Positions 1 to 13,300 of a stretch of 64,000 nucleotides of DNA are shown piece by piece; the stretch's first letter is position 1, and every line of letters starts with the position of its first letter. Origin of the DNA: Sphaerodactylus townsendi. Taxonomy: Eukaryota. The stretch covers positions 78,430,001 through 78,494,000 of the forward strand of contig NC_059430.1 of the NCBI RefSeq assembly GCF_021028975.2. The letters run 5' to 3'. The position numbers were made by a program, and so were the translations under genes. Under the pieces are notes generated by a model that made no database searches, was not told where the DNA came from, and saw only the letters and a program-made list of their open reading frames with translations.

Positions 1-352
1 AAGCCTGAGCTACTCATTAAAATCAGTGGAAAGAACAACCCTTGAAATTAATTGGCCTTGGGTTTCAAACCACAGTTCTCAAAATGAGCATAACTGCAAG
101 GTTAATGAATGAGTACATTTCTCTAACCCTGACCACATTCTTGTGCACTATACTATGAGTTGTTTGCATTGACTGTATATAGGACAAAATTGATCATATT
201 TGTTTTTCAAGTCTCTTCTGAAGAGACTCATGAGTATTAGAAATACACAAGCAGGAACAGGAGGCTTCTCATACCATCTCCCCTACTATTTCCTGTTTCC
301 CTGCCCTTAAAACTCCCATGGTGTCTCTCCTTTTTCCTTCTTCCTTCTCTCC

Positions 353-500
353 TAGGATTGCCAGGTGGGGCCTGAATATCACCTAAAATCACACTGGATT
401 TCCTCCTACAGAGATCAGTTTCCTTCACAGTTGTCAGTGCCAGGTTTTCTTCAGGTGAACTGATCTCTGTCATCTGGAAAGCAGATGTAATTCCTGGTGA
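353..500. mobile_element. Degenerate MITE-like repeat (TAGGGTTGCC-terminal family)
   Basis: Starts TAGGATTGCCAGG and contains GAACTGATCTCTGTCATCTGGA...GTAATTCC. The same module recurs at about 6148-6340, 14456-14660 and 19290-19530. Confidence 0.5.
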
Positions 501-984
501 ATTACGAAGAATAGTCCCAATGTGGATACAAAGGTGAATTATGTTCGAGGACTCAGTACCATTGTGACTGCAGGAACATTCACAGTGGAACAGAACATCT
601 ACACAGCAACTATCAATTATTTTCTCCCTACCCCCCTGTGCTCATCATTTTTTTCTAGTTCTGACTGTTCTGTGCTGCTAGATGGCTTAAAATTGTTACC
701 ATACCTCCTTACTTGTGGGGGGGAGGGGAGTAGTGGGCCCCAGGGTATAGTGAGGGGAAATGGTGCTTGCAGATGCATCCATGCCCCAACTTGGCACATA
801 GAAGTGACCAGTTCTTGTCCATGCCACCATTTATACCCCACCAGGAATAGCCTGCACAGAAAGATATGCAAGTGGTGAAGACCCTGGAAGTATCATTCCC
901 TAATTTTGTTTTGAGAGTCAGTAGTTATTGATACAAAGAAAATTTAGATTGACAAAATGAAATGACATATGGTGTATGTTATAT

Positions 985-1070
985 TTATTTATTTATTATT
1001 TAAATTTATAGCCCGCCCAATCCCCAAGGGGCTCTGGGCAGTTTACAACACTAATCTATATACAATATAA
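985..1070 (-). mobile_element. L2-type LINE/SINE 3' tail fragment
   Basis: (TTTA)n tail followed by ATAGCCCGCCC...GGCTCTGGGCAGTTTACAAC, the reverse complement of a typical squamate L2 3' end. Confidence 0.45.
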
Positions 1071-3913
1071 AACAAGGGTCACAACAGTGACCATATACAC
1101 TAAAATCCATTAAAACCATTAAAACCATTTAAACAGCGGTCAAAACAATAACAATAGTAATGGCATCCCGTAACCCAATTCCTTTAAAACCACCCCAAAA
1201 AGAAGGGAGCGGCCGGACTCCTCCCTGAAATTAACAGTAAATATGCAAAAATAAATTATAAAAGATAGGGAGCAAAAGGGCCAAGGAGCAAAGCAAGGAG
1301 GGGGGGCGGGGGGCGCATTTACCTCAGAAGTTAGCTGCCAGAGACCAGGTCTTGCAATCCTAGCTTTGTGAGTTGACCAGATCCCACTGTATTTATTTCT
1401 AATGCTTGGGATGGAGACATTTTTATCAGCACATTTCTTGGGGAAATGTGGCAATGGCAGGCCATCCACTCCTCTTTGATCTCCGTGCAAGCAACAGGCG
1501 AGAGTGAGGTAAGTAGACACTGTCAAAAGAATTTCCTTTTTCATCAACAGAAACCATTGGAATCTCAAATCATAAAACTAATGTGTTATTTTTCTGGCTG
1601 GCACATAAAGAAAAAGTGGAAATTATTAAAATGAAATGCAGATTTCTGGAATAACTGAGATTTCCCCCCTATAAAAACAAGCAATTATTCAACCTACAGC
1701 TAGATAAATTAGAACTGAAATGGAGGCCCTGGAAAATCTATTTTAGAACAAAGTTAGTGTGTGGGTGGATATATGAACCATTAACTCTGTTTTTGTGTTT
1801 GTTTTTTTGTTAAATATCCCACAATTTCCCCCTACAGTAGCTCTCTGGAGAAAATCACTGTTTGCTTAAAGAAGTGTATGAAATCTTATGGGAAATCTCA
1901 AGATTTCTTACAGCTACAGATTTTTTTTCTCTCTCTCCCATTTAAGCTCTTTATACTTGTTCTTCGAAAAATAATGTAATGCATTCGTCCCATGACTAAT
2001 GACTAATGACTAATGACTTTTAAGTCTGGTTCAGGGGGTCATGTATTTCCAGCCTGGAGGACCACCTTCTGGAGTCTGATGATGTAACACCATGTAGATC
2101 TTTGAGTTCACAGAACAAAATAAGGAGCTGGTTTTTCCTGCCCCCTCAAAATATACAGAATTCTGAGACTGAAAAATAAATATAGCAATCCCTTCCATCA
2201 ACAAGTTCACACAAGGAGATTCCCATAGCAATTTTGTGAGGGAAATTATACTGTGGAATCGTATTCCCAGAATGTAGTAGACCCCTCGTGCCCTGACCTC
2301 TCCTATCAGTACTGTTTCTTTTTTGTTGTTGAGTCTAGTCCCCACAAATGCCAGAGAGGACAAGGGAAGAGAAACCCAGGCCTGTCAGGTAAGGCAAGAG
2401 GTCAAACAATTGGGATAGGGCACTGTGCAAGGCTAAGCAGCCGCTTCTTGAATTACCCAGAATTATAGGTGTTTTTCACAGGCATGTGAGAAACATCTGT
2501 CCATAGCTACAAGAAGGCTGACTGTCTCCTTTAAGGTTGGAAAAGGTTCAAGTAGCCAACACTTCTGAAAATACAACCCAAACACTATGTTTTATTATTA
2601 AGATCAACCAAAATGACATAATATACAAAGTGTCCTCTGGAACCCTTTATCAGGTTTAATGTTTAATAGGGTGGTGGAGGGAGATAAAAGTGTCTCATGA
2701 TGTTAAGGTTTTGTCTTGTCAGTATCCTGTGTAGAATGGTGAGCAGACCTGCAGAGTCATCATGATTCTGCATATGGTGTACTGGCATTTCATTCACACA
2801 ATGAGGGAATCCACCAGCTGTGGTCTGAGGGTGCATGATTTGTATGATCACAGAACATGCGAATTGGGTTTTGGTTCATGAAAATGGAAAGCCATTCTTG
2901 CATGGAAATTTCACACATTGACCAATTCATACATAATGTATTTGCACATATTAGGTGCATTGTGGGGATGCCTGGGCTCCTGTTTCACGTAAATGACACA
3001 ACAACATAACATTACAGAGCCTTAAAATGATGCTGGTATTAGGTAGCATGCTTGCCTTTCCTGGAAGAAGTGGTGGAATGGAGGCATATCAGAAACCCAA
3101 GCCTGACACCACTATCCTTTTAAAACTGCATATCTACTGCTCATTCTATGTATGATGCCAACAAGGTCAGCCTTCGTGGCCTAAGATATTTTTATTCCTC
3201 TTCACCTCTTTAAACATGAAGTCTGGGGAAGGGTTCTTGAGAGCTTGAAAGCTTTCGCATCACTGATCAATTGCATCCTTTTGTCTAATGTATGGTGTGG
3301 CTTTTGTTTTGGGATTTTCTGGGTTGATGAGATTTTCTGGGTTTTCTGGGCAGTAATTCTTAAAAGCACCTTTATACTATGGAGCTGTGCCAAGGTTCTG
3401 TTTCCATCCAGGCACTTGTCAGGCTAACAGTAAAAGATGCTACACTTTTCTGCTTCCTTGTAAAAATACATAGGTCAATCTTTATAAATCCAGCAGCAGG
3501 AATAATTTTGCACGAACACTTTCTATAAAATCCTTTAGTGAGATGTCAATTAGAAATAAAGGGAGAAATGTGTATGCCTGCCCCAGTAAAGTGAGTTTTC
3601 ACTGGATGATGTTACTTTTGTAATTATGGGGCTCTTTTTCACACATTACCTGAAGGCCATGCATGATTATCAGTTCTTGATCTTTGCTTTCTTATCACTA
3701 TCATCAGAAGGTGGCCCTAGACCTCAGACAGAGAAAATTATGGGGGCTGGCAAGGTGATCCTCCTGACTTTCCCAGTGGACTACAAACAGAATGTGTTCT
3801 TCCTTTAATTCAAATTAATTGGCCTTTGTCATAGGCATTTGTGAAGCAACTATTGACTGTAGACGTTTACATTACAATGGTCAGGACAAAATAGGCCAAA
3901 GATCTTAATCATT

Positions 3914-4097
3914 GGTTCTGGTGGGTTTTCCGGGCTGTGTGGCCGTGGTCTGGTGGATTCAGAGGATGAAGATGCCAACCACAGAAGATGCCAGCCACAG
4001 ATGCATGTTAGGAACAAAATCCACCAGACCACGTCCACGCAGCCCTGAAAACTCACCAGAACCATTTGAATCCGGCCGTGAAAGCCTTCAACAATAC
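3914..4097 (+). mobile_element. Penelope-like element terminal repeat with 5' inversion; hammerhead disrupted
   Basis: 3914-3959 is the reverse complement of about 4018-4063. Ends in the family tail CCGGCCGTGAAAGCCTTCAACAATAC. Flanked by the direct repeat ATCTTAATCATT (3902-3913, 4098-4109). Confidence 0.8.
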
Positions 4098-5478
4098 ATC
4101 TTAATCATTATTTCATTATTATTTATTTATTGAATAGCTAGTTAGCCAATTCCGAAAGATGAAGGAAGAGAAAGCAGAGAAGAACTGGCTGAGTTAGTTT
4201 CACTGCTGCCAGCTGATGCTTAGTCTGGGTGTAGCCAGAAATGCATACCCTTCAGCACAAGCCAAAGCCCTGGGCTCTCAGCCTGTGTCTCACAGACTGG
4301 GGTCTGTGTTATCTGCCCCATTGAATCAGAATATGTCTGTTTAAACTGTATTGTCTGTTTAAACTGTACTGACTGTTTAAATTGGTTGTTTGTATTGTAT
4401 TTTGGTATTTTCTGTATGCTGATTGATAGTGGAATTTTAAACTAAGTTACACACTTTTAAATCCGCTGAGAGGATTGCACTGCAAGGTCCCTCTGTGATA
4501 CAAAAGTCACATGAAATGCCCAAATAAGTAAATAAAATATGGTCAGGATTCATGCTGACAGAGGGAATGGAGAAGGTTTGGACTTTTGCCTCTCAAATAC
4601 AACTCCAATGCAATGTGGCAAATCACTATTGAAATACCCAAAGCAATTTGTAATATGGCTGTAGGAAATCTGCTGTTCAGAGATAGGCATGGGAGGCAGA
4701 TGAGTACAATATTCCCACTAGTTTGTGCAAACATTTTTATTATAGCACTAAAACTGTGCAATTCTCTCGCCAGCAAAGTTCCTCTCTCTCTCCCCCTTTA
4801 TCATTGTCTTCTGCCAGTGGGTGTAGACTTTTGTTGTTTATTTGTTTTGGCATTACCTTATTGACCCTTGTAATGGACTTCAAAAGAAAATGTGATTTGA
4901 AAAGTGTAGGTTTGTCTGAGGCATTCAGAATGAGGCATAAAGGCCTAAGAACAGGGGGAGCCACCTGATTGGCTGTGGCATCCTGGACTCTGGCTTAATA
5001 GCTGGATGATTCAGAGGAGGTTAGCTTTGTGATAGAACAATTTGAGAGGCCTTTGGACTTTAGAATTCCTGGAGTTAACATTTAGCTGCCTAACTGTGTT
5101 TAAAACAAAACATCTCTGAAGCAGGTAGTTCAGTCAAGGTGTGACTGGATTTATTGATATCACCCTGCCATCTGTGAAATGAAAGTGATAACATACACCG
5201 ACTGAGAGAAGTGGTGGAGGGGTTTATGGAGGGGCTAAGCTGAAGGGTCAGTAAGGAATATCTTCAAGTGAGGGAAGAAATCCTGGGTACCAGTTAGTTT
5301 GCAGTATTGGGTTTTGCTTTGTGTTTCCTCAGTAGAGTGTTTTATATTTTAGTTTGGGTTTCCTAACTGTGAAAGCTGAATGAGGGTACTTAGTATATGT
5401 ATTAAGTCTGCTAGAACCCTGTGTGTTTGAATAAGCCATTAGCCATTAGCCTTACACATAAGGAACGATACCATCTAA

Positions 5479-5619
5479 GGCTGATTCCATACGGGCCAAA
5501 AACAGCAGTGTGAAAACGGTGTGAAAATGGTGTAAAAGGGTTTAAAATGGTGTAAAAGGGGTTTATACTGTTTTTACACCGTTTTCACACCGCTGTTTTT
5601 GGCCCATGCGAAATCAGCC
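5479..5619. mobile_element. PIF/Harbinger-type MITE
   Basis: Long imperfect TIRs GGCTGATTCC...GGGCCAAAAACAGC / GCTGTTTTTGGCCC...GAAATCAGCC, internal (GGTGTAAAA)-type repeats, 3-bp TSD TAA (5476-5478, 5620-5622). Confidence 0.85.
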
Positions 5620-6147
5620 TAAGAAACAACTATATAACACCTAAGATGAACTGTAACTGATAACTGTAACTGAACAATCTTATTAAGTCTGTGCTTAAAG
5701 AACTAAATACTGAAATCTCTGTGCCAAGCTCTAGTGTATATGTATATTTCTCCTGCCTTATTTGTCTTATCCATTCCTTATCTCCAAGTTATTTATTTCC
5801 CTTTTCCATCTCACCTCTGTTAAATAAACCTTTTATTCTGTTTAAGTTTAAAATCTGCTTCAGTATTATTATTTTGTGTGCCTTATAAAGGAATTTACCT
5901 AGCAAAGGTTTTAAATCAACAAGCATCCTTCACCTTTTAGATAAGTTGCCTGGCTAAGAAAAAGTGTTTATATAGTTTACCATATGTACCATTTCTTAAG
6001 CTCTTCAGTTCTGAAGAGGAAAAGGTGGGAAAAATCTGACACACAGATCAGTGAGTGGTTCACTGCTTGAAGAAATTAAGAAGGTATGGGGGTCTGTCTC
6101 AGCCCTCTTTCCGATTCATGTTCTAAATGTGTGTATTGCTTTAAAGT

Positions 6148-6340
6148 TAGGATTGCCAGCTCTGGGTTGGGAAATTCTTGGTGATTCAGCAGCGGAGCCT
6201 GAAAAGGGCAGGGTGTGATAACATACATTCTACCCTCCCCAAAGCAGTGATTTTCTCCATGGAAACTGATCTCTGTCACCAGAAGATCCATTGTAATTAT
6301 AGTAGATTTCCTGGCACAACCTGGAGGTTAGCAACCTTAC
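6148..6340. mobile_element. MITE (TAGGGTTGCC...GCAACCCTA family)
   Basis: Ends TAGGATTGCCAGC and GTTAGCAACCTTA; internal sequence shared with 353-500, 14456-14660 and 19290-19530. Confidence 0.55.
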
Positions 6341-7429
6341 CCTGAAGCCCATTCAATGTTTTGTTTTAAAACATTCTGTTTTAATAAATGTTGTAAAATA
6401 GATCTAATGTATATCCAGAGCCATCTCTTGAAATCAATTCTTACATAAAATCTATGTAGAATTGTTTGGCTGCATCAGCCTCATAACCAAGGACAGACAT
6501 AAGTTCAGAAGGATGCCTTCATCTAAAATGTGTGGGCGGACCCATTAGAAAAATGTCTCCATTGGTATAGCTGGCAGATTTCTGTGCCTATGTAATAAAA
6601 ACTTGTGGCAAGTTTGGTCATATGGCATTTTAAAACTAAATATTATTATCATATAAGAAATACTTCTAGATTTAAATAGTCTCACCTTATTCTTGGTTAA
6701 TTATATTTACCTCTTATTTTTAATAGTCATTTATAAATGGTTAACAATTTTATGGTTTTCTTGGCACATCTTTCATTCTATTATTCTGGAACTTATCTTA
6801 TTTTATTCCATTTTTTACTATTAGTCTTTGGCCATAAATAAATAAATCTGACTGTATAGCTGTTCATAATAGAATATGAGCCATTCTAATCTTCTTCTGT
6901 TGCTAATGCAGATTCCTTTTTTTTCTTTCAAGAGAATTCCAGGCCCTTTTCCTATAAGAAGGTGCTGATTGGTGGCTCCTGAGTAATCTCTGCCAGTCTC
7001 CCAAGGCGAAACCAAAGGAAGTGAAAGAAGAGGATAAGAGAAGGCCTGGCTCCAAGGCATAGACAGGTTATCAGGATCCATCAGCAGGCAACAGTCTCTC
7101 ATGCCCTTGAACAATTAAAAACAAATGGGCTAAGGGGACAGGCCCAGCTATCATTTGAAAAGTCTAGAAGACAATGAATATAAAGGCAGAACCCTTAAGA
7201 ATGTCTAAAACATGGAAATAGCTTTTGAAGAGCCAAATGGCCCATAAGAGAAATCCCTGATTGGATTCCCAATGGTTAATTTAGTCACAAAAGGGTCTTA
7301 TTATGTATCAGAATTGTAATGTTGGGGATTAACTCTTTGCACCTGTACCACTGTCTCAGTACAAATGTTCCACATACTTCTTTAAGACCAGGTAGTATGA
7401 AGAAAAGGTACTTTAATAAGGGTTAAAGC

Positions 7430-7565
7430 CAGTGGTTGGATTCAGCAGGTTTGCACCACTTCAGCAGAACCAGTTGTTAAAATGGTGCTTGTAGACAACC
7501 AGTTGTTGAATTATTTGAATCCCACCACCAGAACCGGTTGTTAAATTATTTGAATCCCACCACTG
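7430..7565. mobile_element. hAT-type MITE
   Basis: TIRs CAGTGGTTGGATTCA / TGAATCCCACCACTG; 8-bp TSD GTTAAAGC/GTTAAAAC with one mismatch; internal duplication; same family as 36209-36309. Confidence 0.85.
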
Positions 7566-7739
7566 GTTAAAACCTTAAGAGATGTAGAGGTGAGAACATT
7601 GTTTAGTTGGGTAAAATTGCACAAGAGTAAACAGATTGTTGTGAAGATACTATCAACCACACCTTTGCATAGCAAGTTCCACCCAAACACTTACTGATTG
7701 GTTCCCTACCTGGGGACATGACAATTTATACCCCACTAA

Positions 7740-7919
7740 AATATTCCCTTCTCACTGGACACAGCGTGTAACAGACTTCCCTCTGTGATACACCTCTGAA
7801 GATGCCAGCCACAGATGCAGGCGAAATGTTAGAAACAAGATCCACCAGACTACGGCCACAGAGCCCAGAAAACCCACCACAATCAGTTGAATCCGGAAGA
7901 GAAAGCCTTCGACAATACA
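7740..7919 (+). mobile_element. Penelope-like element 3' terminal repeat with minimal hammerhead motif
   Basis: CCT-CTGAAGA(7796-7802)-TGCCAGCCACAGATGCAGGC-GAAA(7823-7826)-TGTT; ends GAAAGCCTTCGACAATAC like the other copies. 5' boundary approximate. Confidence 0.8.
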
Positions 7920-8148
7920 GAAGAAGAAACGTTTGGATTTATAGCCTGCTTTTCTCAACCATAAGGAGACTCAAAGTGGCTTACAAACCTCTCCCCTTCC
8001 TCTCCCCACAAGAAACACTTTGTGAGGTAGGTGGGGCTGAGAGAATTCTGAGAGAACGGCAACTAGACCAAGATCACCCAGTAGGAGTGGGGAAACAAAC
8101 CTGGTTCACCAGATTAGATTCACCACTCTTAACCACTGCACCATGCCA
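7920..8148 (-). mobile_element. Squam3-like tRNA-derived SINE
   Basis: Reverse complement has a tRNA-like head GCATGGTGCAGTGGTTAAGAGTGGTGAATCTAATCTGGTGAACCAGG, body CTCAGCCCCACCTACCTCACA and a (CTT)n tail; matches 28985-29275. Confidence 0.75.
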
Positions 8149-9240
8149 GTAGTAGAACCCAAATCATAAGATACAGACTATTAAGATGTTTTTCTTTTCT
8201 ATGCTTCCACTATGAGACACCTGTGTGTTTTCAATGGTGATAGAGACACTGTTGATCAGCTCTTGGTTTTCATAATTTTAGTTTCAGGAAGGTTATTCCT
8301 GCTGTCCAGATGGCCAAATGTGACAACAGCTCCATTTTAATCTTTGCATACTTGCAGAACATTCCACACCAGATGCTTACAAAAAGCCTTAAGAACACAT
8401 TTTCCTACATTCCTCTCTTTTTGAAAAAGCACCTAGCCTGGTGAAGAGTTCAGTAGAATATGGAAGCTCAAACTCTGGTTTGTGCTATTTAGTTGCTTTG
8501 GAATTTTGTTTTGGATTCATGAGGCTATTTGCCATCTGCTGAGAATAGAAAAGAATTTTTACAAATCGTTATTTGTAAAGTGTTTATTTAGCATTTATGA
8601 CCCTTAATTCAAGTAACATTTCTTAATGTGCATATGCAACCAGAGTCATATTTTTTATTTATACATTTCCTATAAACAGAACCTTACAATTCTGTAGCCA
8701 CTACAAGTGTCATTAACATTCTAGAAAATCTGACATTTGTCAGAGGACCAGTCCCTTCTGAAATGAGGTATGTTTTGTCAAGTGTTTCCTTGTGAGCAAT
8801 ATCCTCTTTTTGGCAGACCGCTGTCTCCTTCCTGCCACTTGAACACATCAAGGAAAGTCTTCTTGGATGCTTCTAAGTACAGCACAAGAAGACATTGGGG
8901 CAATTAGCAAAATCAAAATGTTTTCACTTGATAACCCAGCTCCTTTGTATTTTCTAAAGCAGTCAGGTCTGAAACCAGCTGAGACAAACCCAACCCAGGA
9001 GACAGGCTGTCTGCCCCCACACTTTTCCAGAAGCCTTAATTCAAGTCTTGTATGCCTCAAGTCTCGTATGCCAATCACAGTTTCATCTGATGTGCCACCC
9101 TGAAAGCACACACACTCCAGATATTATAAGTGAAAAAAATGAGTTAAGGAAATTATTCCATATTTCTGGAACTGTCATGCTGGTTATCTTCACATCAATC
9201 ACTTAAATGAGCAAGAGGCGGAACTCTTCCCTTGAGTGTT

Positions 9241-9283
9241 TGATAAGCAGTTGATAAAGAAGAGAGCCCTGGTAGGCTATAAA
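9241..9283 (+). promoter_or_regulatory. Putative szl core promoter: two GATA motifs and a TATA box
   Basis: TGATAA at 9241-9246 and 9252-9257; TATAAA at 9278-9283, 70 nt upstream of the ATG at 9353. Confidence 0.5.
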
Positions 9284-9352
9284 GCCTGAACTAAGGGTTG
9301 CCAGCCCTATAGAGGAATTTTGCATCCCCTCTGCATTTTGGAACACAAAAAG

Positions 9353-10251
9353 ATGCTTCTGGCAGCATTTTTGCTCATTTTTGCTCTGAGGTTGGCAGTG
9401 GGGTTGGACCTAGGGCTATCCACAAAGTGTGTAGCTATTCCTCAGGAAATGAGCATCTGCCATGATGTCGGATACTCAGAAATGAGGCTCCCCAATCTCA
9501 TGGGACACACCAGTTTGGCAGAAGTTGTTGCAAAATCTGCTGGATGGCAGCGTCTCATGCAGACCGGCTGTGATCCTCATGCAAGGACTTTCCTCTGCTC
9601 TCTCTTTGCACCCATCTGTTTAGACACGTAAGTACAAAGCTGTGTGTAAAGAAGCTGTGTAAATGACTATTTTTAAAATATCATTTGAAAGGTACCTAGG
9701 CAGGAATGGTACTAGGGAATAAACCAGAGGCAGTTGAATGATGATATTTTGCCTCATTGTAGCAGATAAACTATACTGAGTGTACCTTTAGGTAGTGTCT
9801 TTTGCTAACTAGAATTAGTCCTACTTCAGATTGACTAAAAGTGTGTAGTGTCTTTTAAAAAAAGAAAAGAACTGTCTGAAAGCTAGAAGTTCAAATGTCA
9901 ATCTATTTGGAAGTTTGAGAAGGACAATTTTTAACTTTTAGTTGAAGGGCAGATTTGCTTGATTCGATTTTAATAATTCTAAAAGTGATGACAAAATAGT
10001 AAAGATAATTTTTATTTTTTCATTGAGTGATAGTTGCTTGTTAAGTTGTAAATTATTTCTAAAATTATTTCAAAAACCCTCAATAATCTGCCTGTATTAT
10101 TGCTTTGATGTCTGGATTTACTAAAATTTAATGTATTAGTTAATGAGCAAGGCTGTTAATGATAGGACATTTTGGAGAAAATTAATTCATAGGGTCACCA
10201 TGAGTCGGAAATGACTTGATGGTACAACACCCGCATAAAACAACTACTTGG

Positions 10252-10306
<55 letters not shown>

Positions 10307-13300
10307 TACATACAAATCTAGTCTTTAAAAGCCATTCATATCTCACTGATGCCAACTTTTTCTGAGGGAAAATGCAGAATCAGTCTTTTTATTCTATATA
10401 TAAATAATGAAATGCTACTCAGATTGAAACAATGTTTCTTCTAGAAAGTGAAACAGATGACAAGGCAATTGGTTTGTTGGGTTGAATGACATCTAAATAG
10501 GCTTAAATGTATCTAGTAGTGACAGTGATGGTAGCAGTTTCCCTGTTATTTACTTTCAGTGCTGTGCTTGGTGCTGTACTGAAAGGGAATGGTTGTTTGC
10601 CTAAATGATCACAGATGATGCCCCCAATATTTACATAGGTATATCTGGTTGCTATTTTAGCTTAGCATTATTTTCCTAGATCCAGGCATAGCCATTTAAA
10701 ATACTTAATATATATTTGAGACCATATCCAGTTGGGAAAGTTCCTCTCTGTGCCCAGTTCCTCAGCCTCTTAAATACTTCCTTATTTATAATATATAGGA
10801 AAGAGATCTTATCTGCAAGCACAAAAGCTTGTATATACAGACTGGAGTGTCTCATTAAAATAAACAGGAATAGGACCGTCAAGAACCACTTTGCCCCTCA
10901 ACAAAGATTTCATCTGCCACTCTTTCAGTAAAATGCACACACAATGCTTGATCAAAACAGGCTTGCTGCTTCTATTCTCCAGTGGTATCCTTCTAAGCTC
11001 TCTGTGACCCATGAGTGATCGAGCCTTTTAGAATATGTTATCCCCCTCCTCCTTTGGCAGATCTGAATGGGGAGACCCAGTTCATGTGTGAATGGATCAG
11101 GATGCAGAACTGTAACATGAACAGGATTGATTGCAAGAGGATTGAAGAGCACAGCTTTTTATAAAATAGTCCACAGTAGAAAAGGCAGAAGAAAGGCAGG
11201 TACCATCAGAGGAAGCAAATGGCTGTCAAAAACTCCACTATGCGTATGAAAGCTTTTGAAATTCAAGAATAGTAAAAATGAAAAAAATAAGAACAGCTTT
11301 TAGGGTTAACTTGATAATTAAATTAAATGTCAGTTTTTAGCAGGTAATTATAAAATCTTTTTTTAAAAGTAGCTATGTTGACTAGTAGCAAAATAAAAAA
11401 TGTAAAGCTCCATATGTTTTATTAAAACCACTCTCTCCATAAAACACACAGCGCAGTATGCAAACTTTTGAGTTCTCCAGAGTTCTTCAGCAGGCTGGAT
11501 GTAAAAATGCAAAGGGTGGAGAGGTTCTCTGTATTCTTTGTAGAATGCTTTGATGTCTCCAGTGGGCACAGTATCTGGCAAATACCAGGTAAACTGTTTC
11601 CTGTAATAACATGATTCTGTTCCGCTTTACAATCACAATTAGAAATGGGAGGTTTCACAGAAGAGTTTGCAAATCCAAGTATTTGAATGAAACTGCAGAA
11701 ACTAATTTGGCTATATCTAACATGTTTTTCAAACAGTTTCATCCAGCCTTGCCGAAGCATGTGTGTTGCAGTTCGAGACAGCTGTTCTGTGGTCCTGGGA
11801 TGCCATGGAAGTCACTGGCCCAGCAGTCTGGACTGTGATCGATTTCCTGCAGATGAAGATGTATGTCTAGGATCCCTCAGCGAAGAACAGAAACACATTG
11901 TCAAAGGTACTGTCTGATTAAACATTGATTTTTCTAATTCCAAGGAGCTTATGGTAGCCTATGGATCAGGAACTGGGAAACTCAGTTTTGAATTCTCATT
12001 TTGTCAGGAAAACTTGTTGGGTGACCTTGACTTGGGCTAGTCACACTCTCTCCCTCTTAGCCTCAAGAACCTCACAGAGTTGTTGTGAGAACAGAATGGG
12101 ATTGGTGTTAGGCTGGTTGCATGGTTGTAGCTTAGTAGTATTATTTCCGAGCCTGTATTTAAGTATCTTCAGAGGATCCTCTGAAGATGCCAGCCACAGA
12201 TGCAGGTGAAATGTCAGGAGAAAATGCTACTAGAACTCAGCCATGCAGCCTGGAAACCACACAACACTCCAGTGATTCCAGCTGTGAAAGCCTTCGACAA
12301 GAATGTGGAAATGTTGTAGGTCACTTTGGATCCCCATTGATGAGAAAAGTGGGATTATAAATGAAGTAAATAAATAAAATAAGACTTTAAGAGAAGTGAG
12401 GCTGAGAAGTTCTGGCCCCAGGTCACTCAGCGAATATTACAGCTGAGTAGGATTTCAGTCTCACTTTCCCCAACCCTAGTACAGCAATCTGAACTGTTGC
12501 ACATCACTAGGTCTATATGTTTGGTACACATATATATATTAGCAGAGTAGAACAAAAGAGAGATTCTCAGTTGTTTTTTATATATGAGTTTACTAGCTAT
12601 AAAGGGAGGGTTACATGGAGATAATATAAGAAATTCTTTCTTTCCTGTTACACATCTACGTTACTGTATGTTTGGTTACATCTTGCTACCTAGCTGCTGT
12701 CTCACATAATGCCGTCTACCTCGTGTCTGGTGTCATGTCTGCTCAAACAAAGAAACAAAGTTAACTTTATAACTTCAGATGTACATACTCACTAGCATGT
12801 AAGCAATGGCTATCTCCCTGACCAATAGCTAATCAATAGATCAGGTCATAAACAGTGACTTCAGCAACTTGTTTACATACAGTTAACCCTTTTATAACTG
12901 AGTTGTGACAGATATTTGGAAAATCACAACACTGTATCAAATATTATATTGAAAAACACAGAGTATTTCCTCATATAAATGGGAAATAATCACATTAAAG
13001 CTAATGGTTTTAGCTTTAACATCTCCTTTTTTGCTAGTTTTCTACACGCGAAAGACTTGTTTTAAAATGTAAGTAGAATTAAGTATATGACCTAGTTCTC
13101 AGTAGAGTGAAATGGTTCACTCTAAAAAGAATGCTATCATGTGGCTTGCCTGAACATGCAGTTTTGTTTTCAGGGGCAAATCACATGTTATACGCAGAAT
13201 GTATATGAGAACATGGACAACTTAAATTTACTTAAGAAAGGTAGTTTCAGAAAGGTGAGAATGAAAGCCAAGAAGTGGCACAGTGAGATGTAGAAGTTGC

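Noticed and set aside
4869-6045. Possible solo LTR (TG start, AATAAA near 5823 followed by a T-rich tract)
   Set aside because: No convincing 3' boundary or TSD found by eye; needs a repeat-library search.
9320-9352. TTG start extending Sizzled by 11 aa
   Set aside because: The ATG at 9353 directly begins the signal peptide and fits the expected length.
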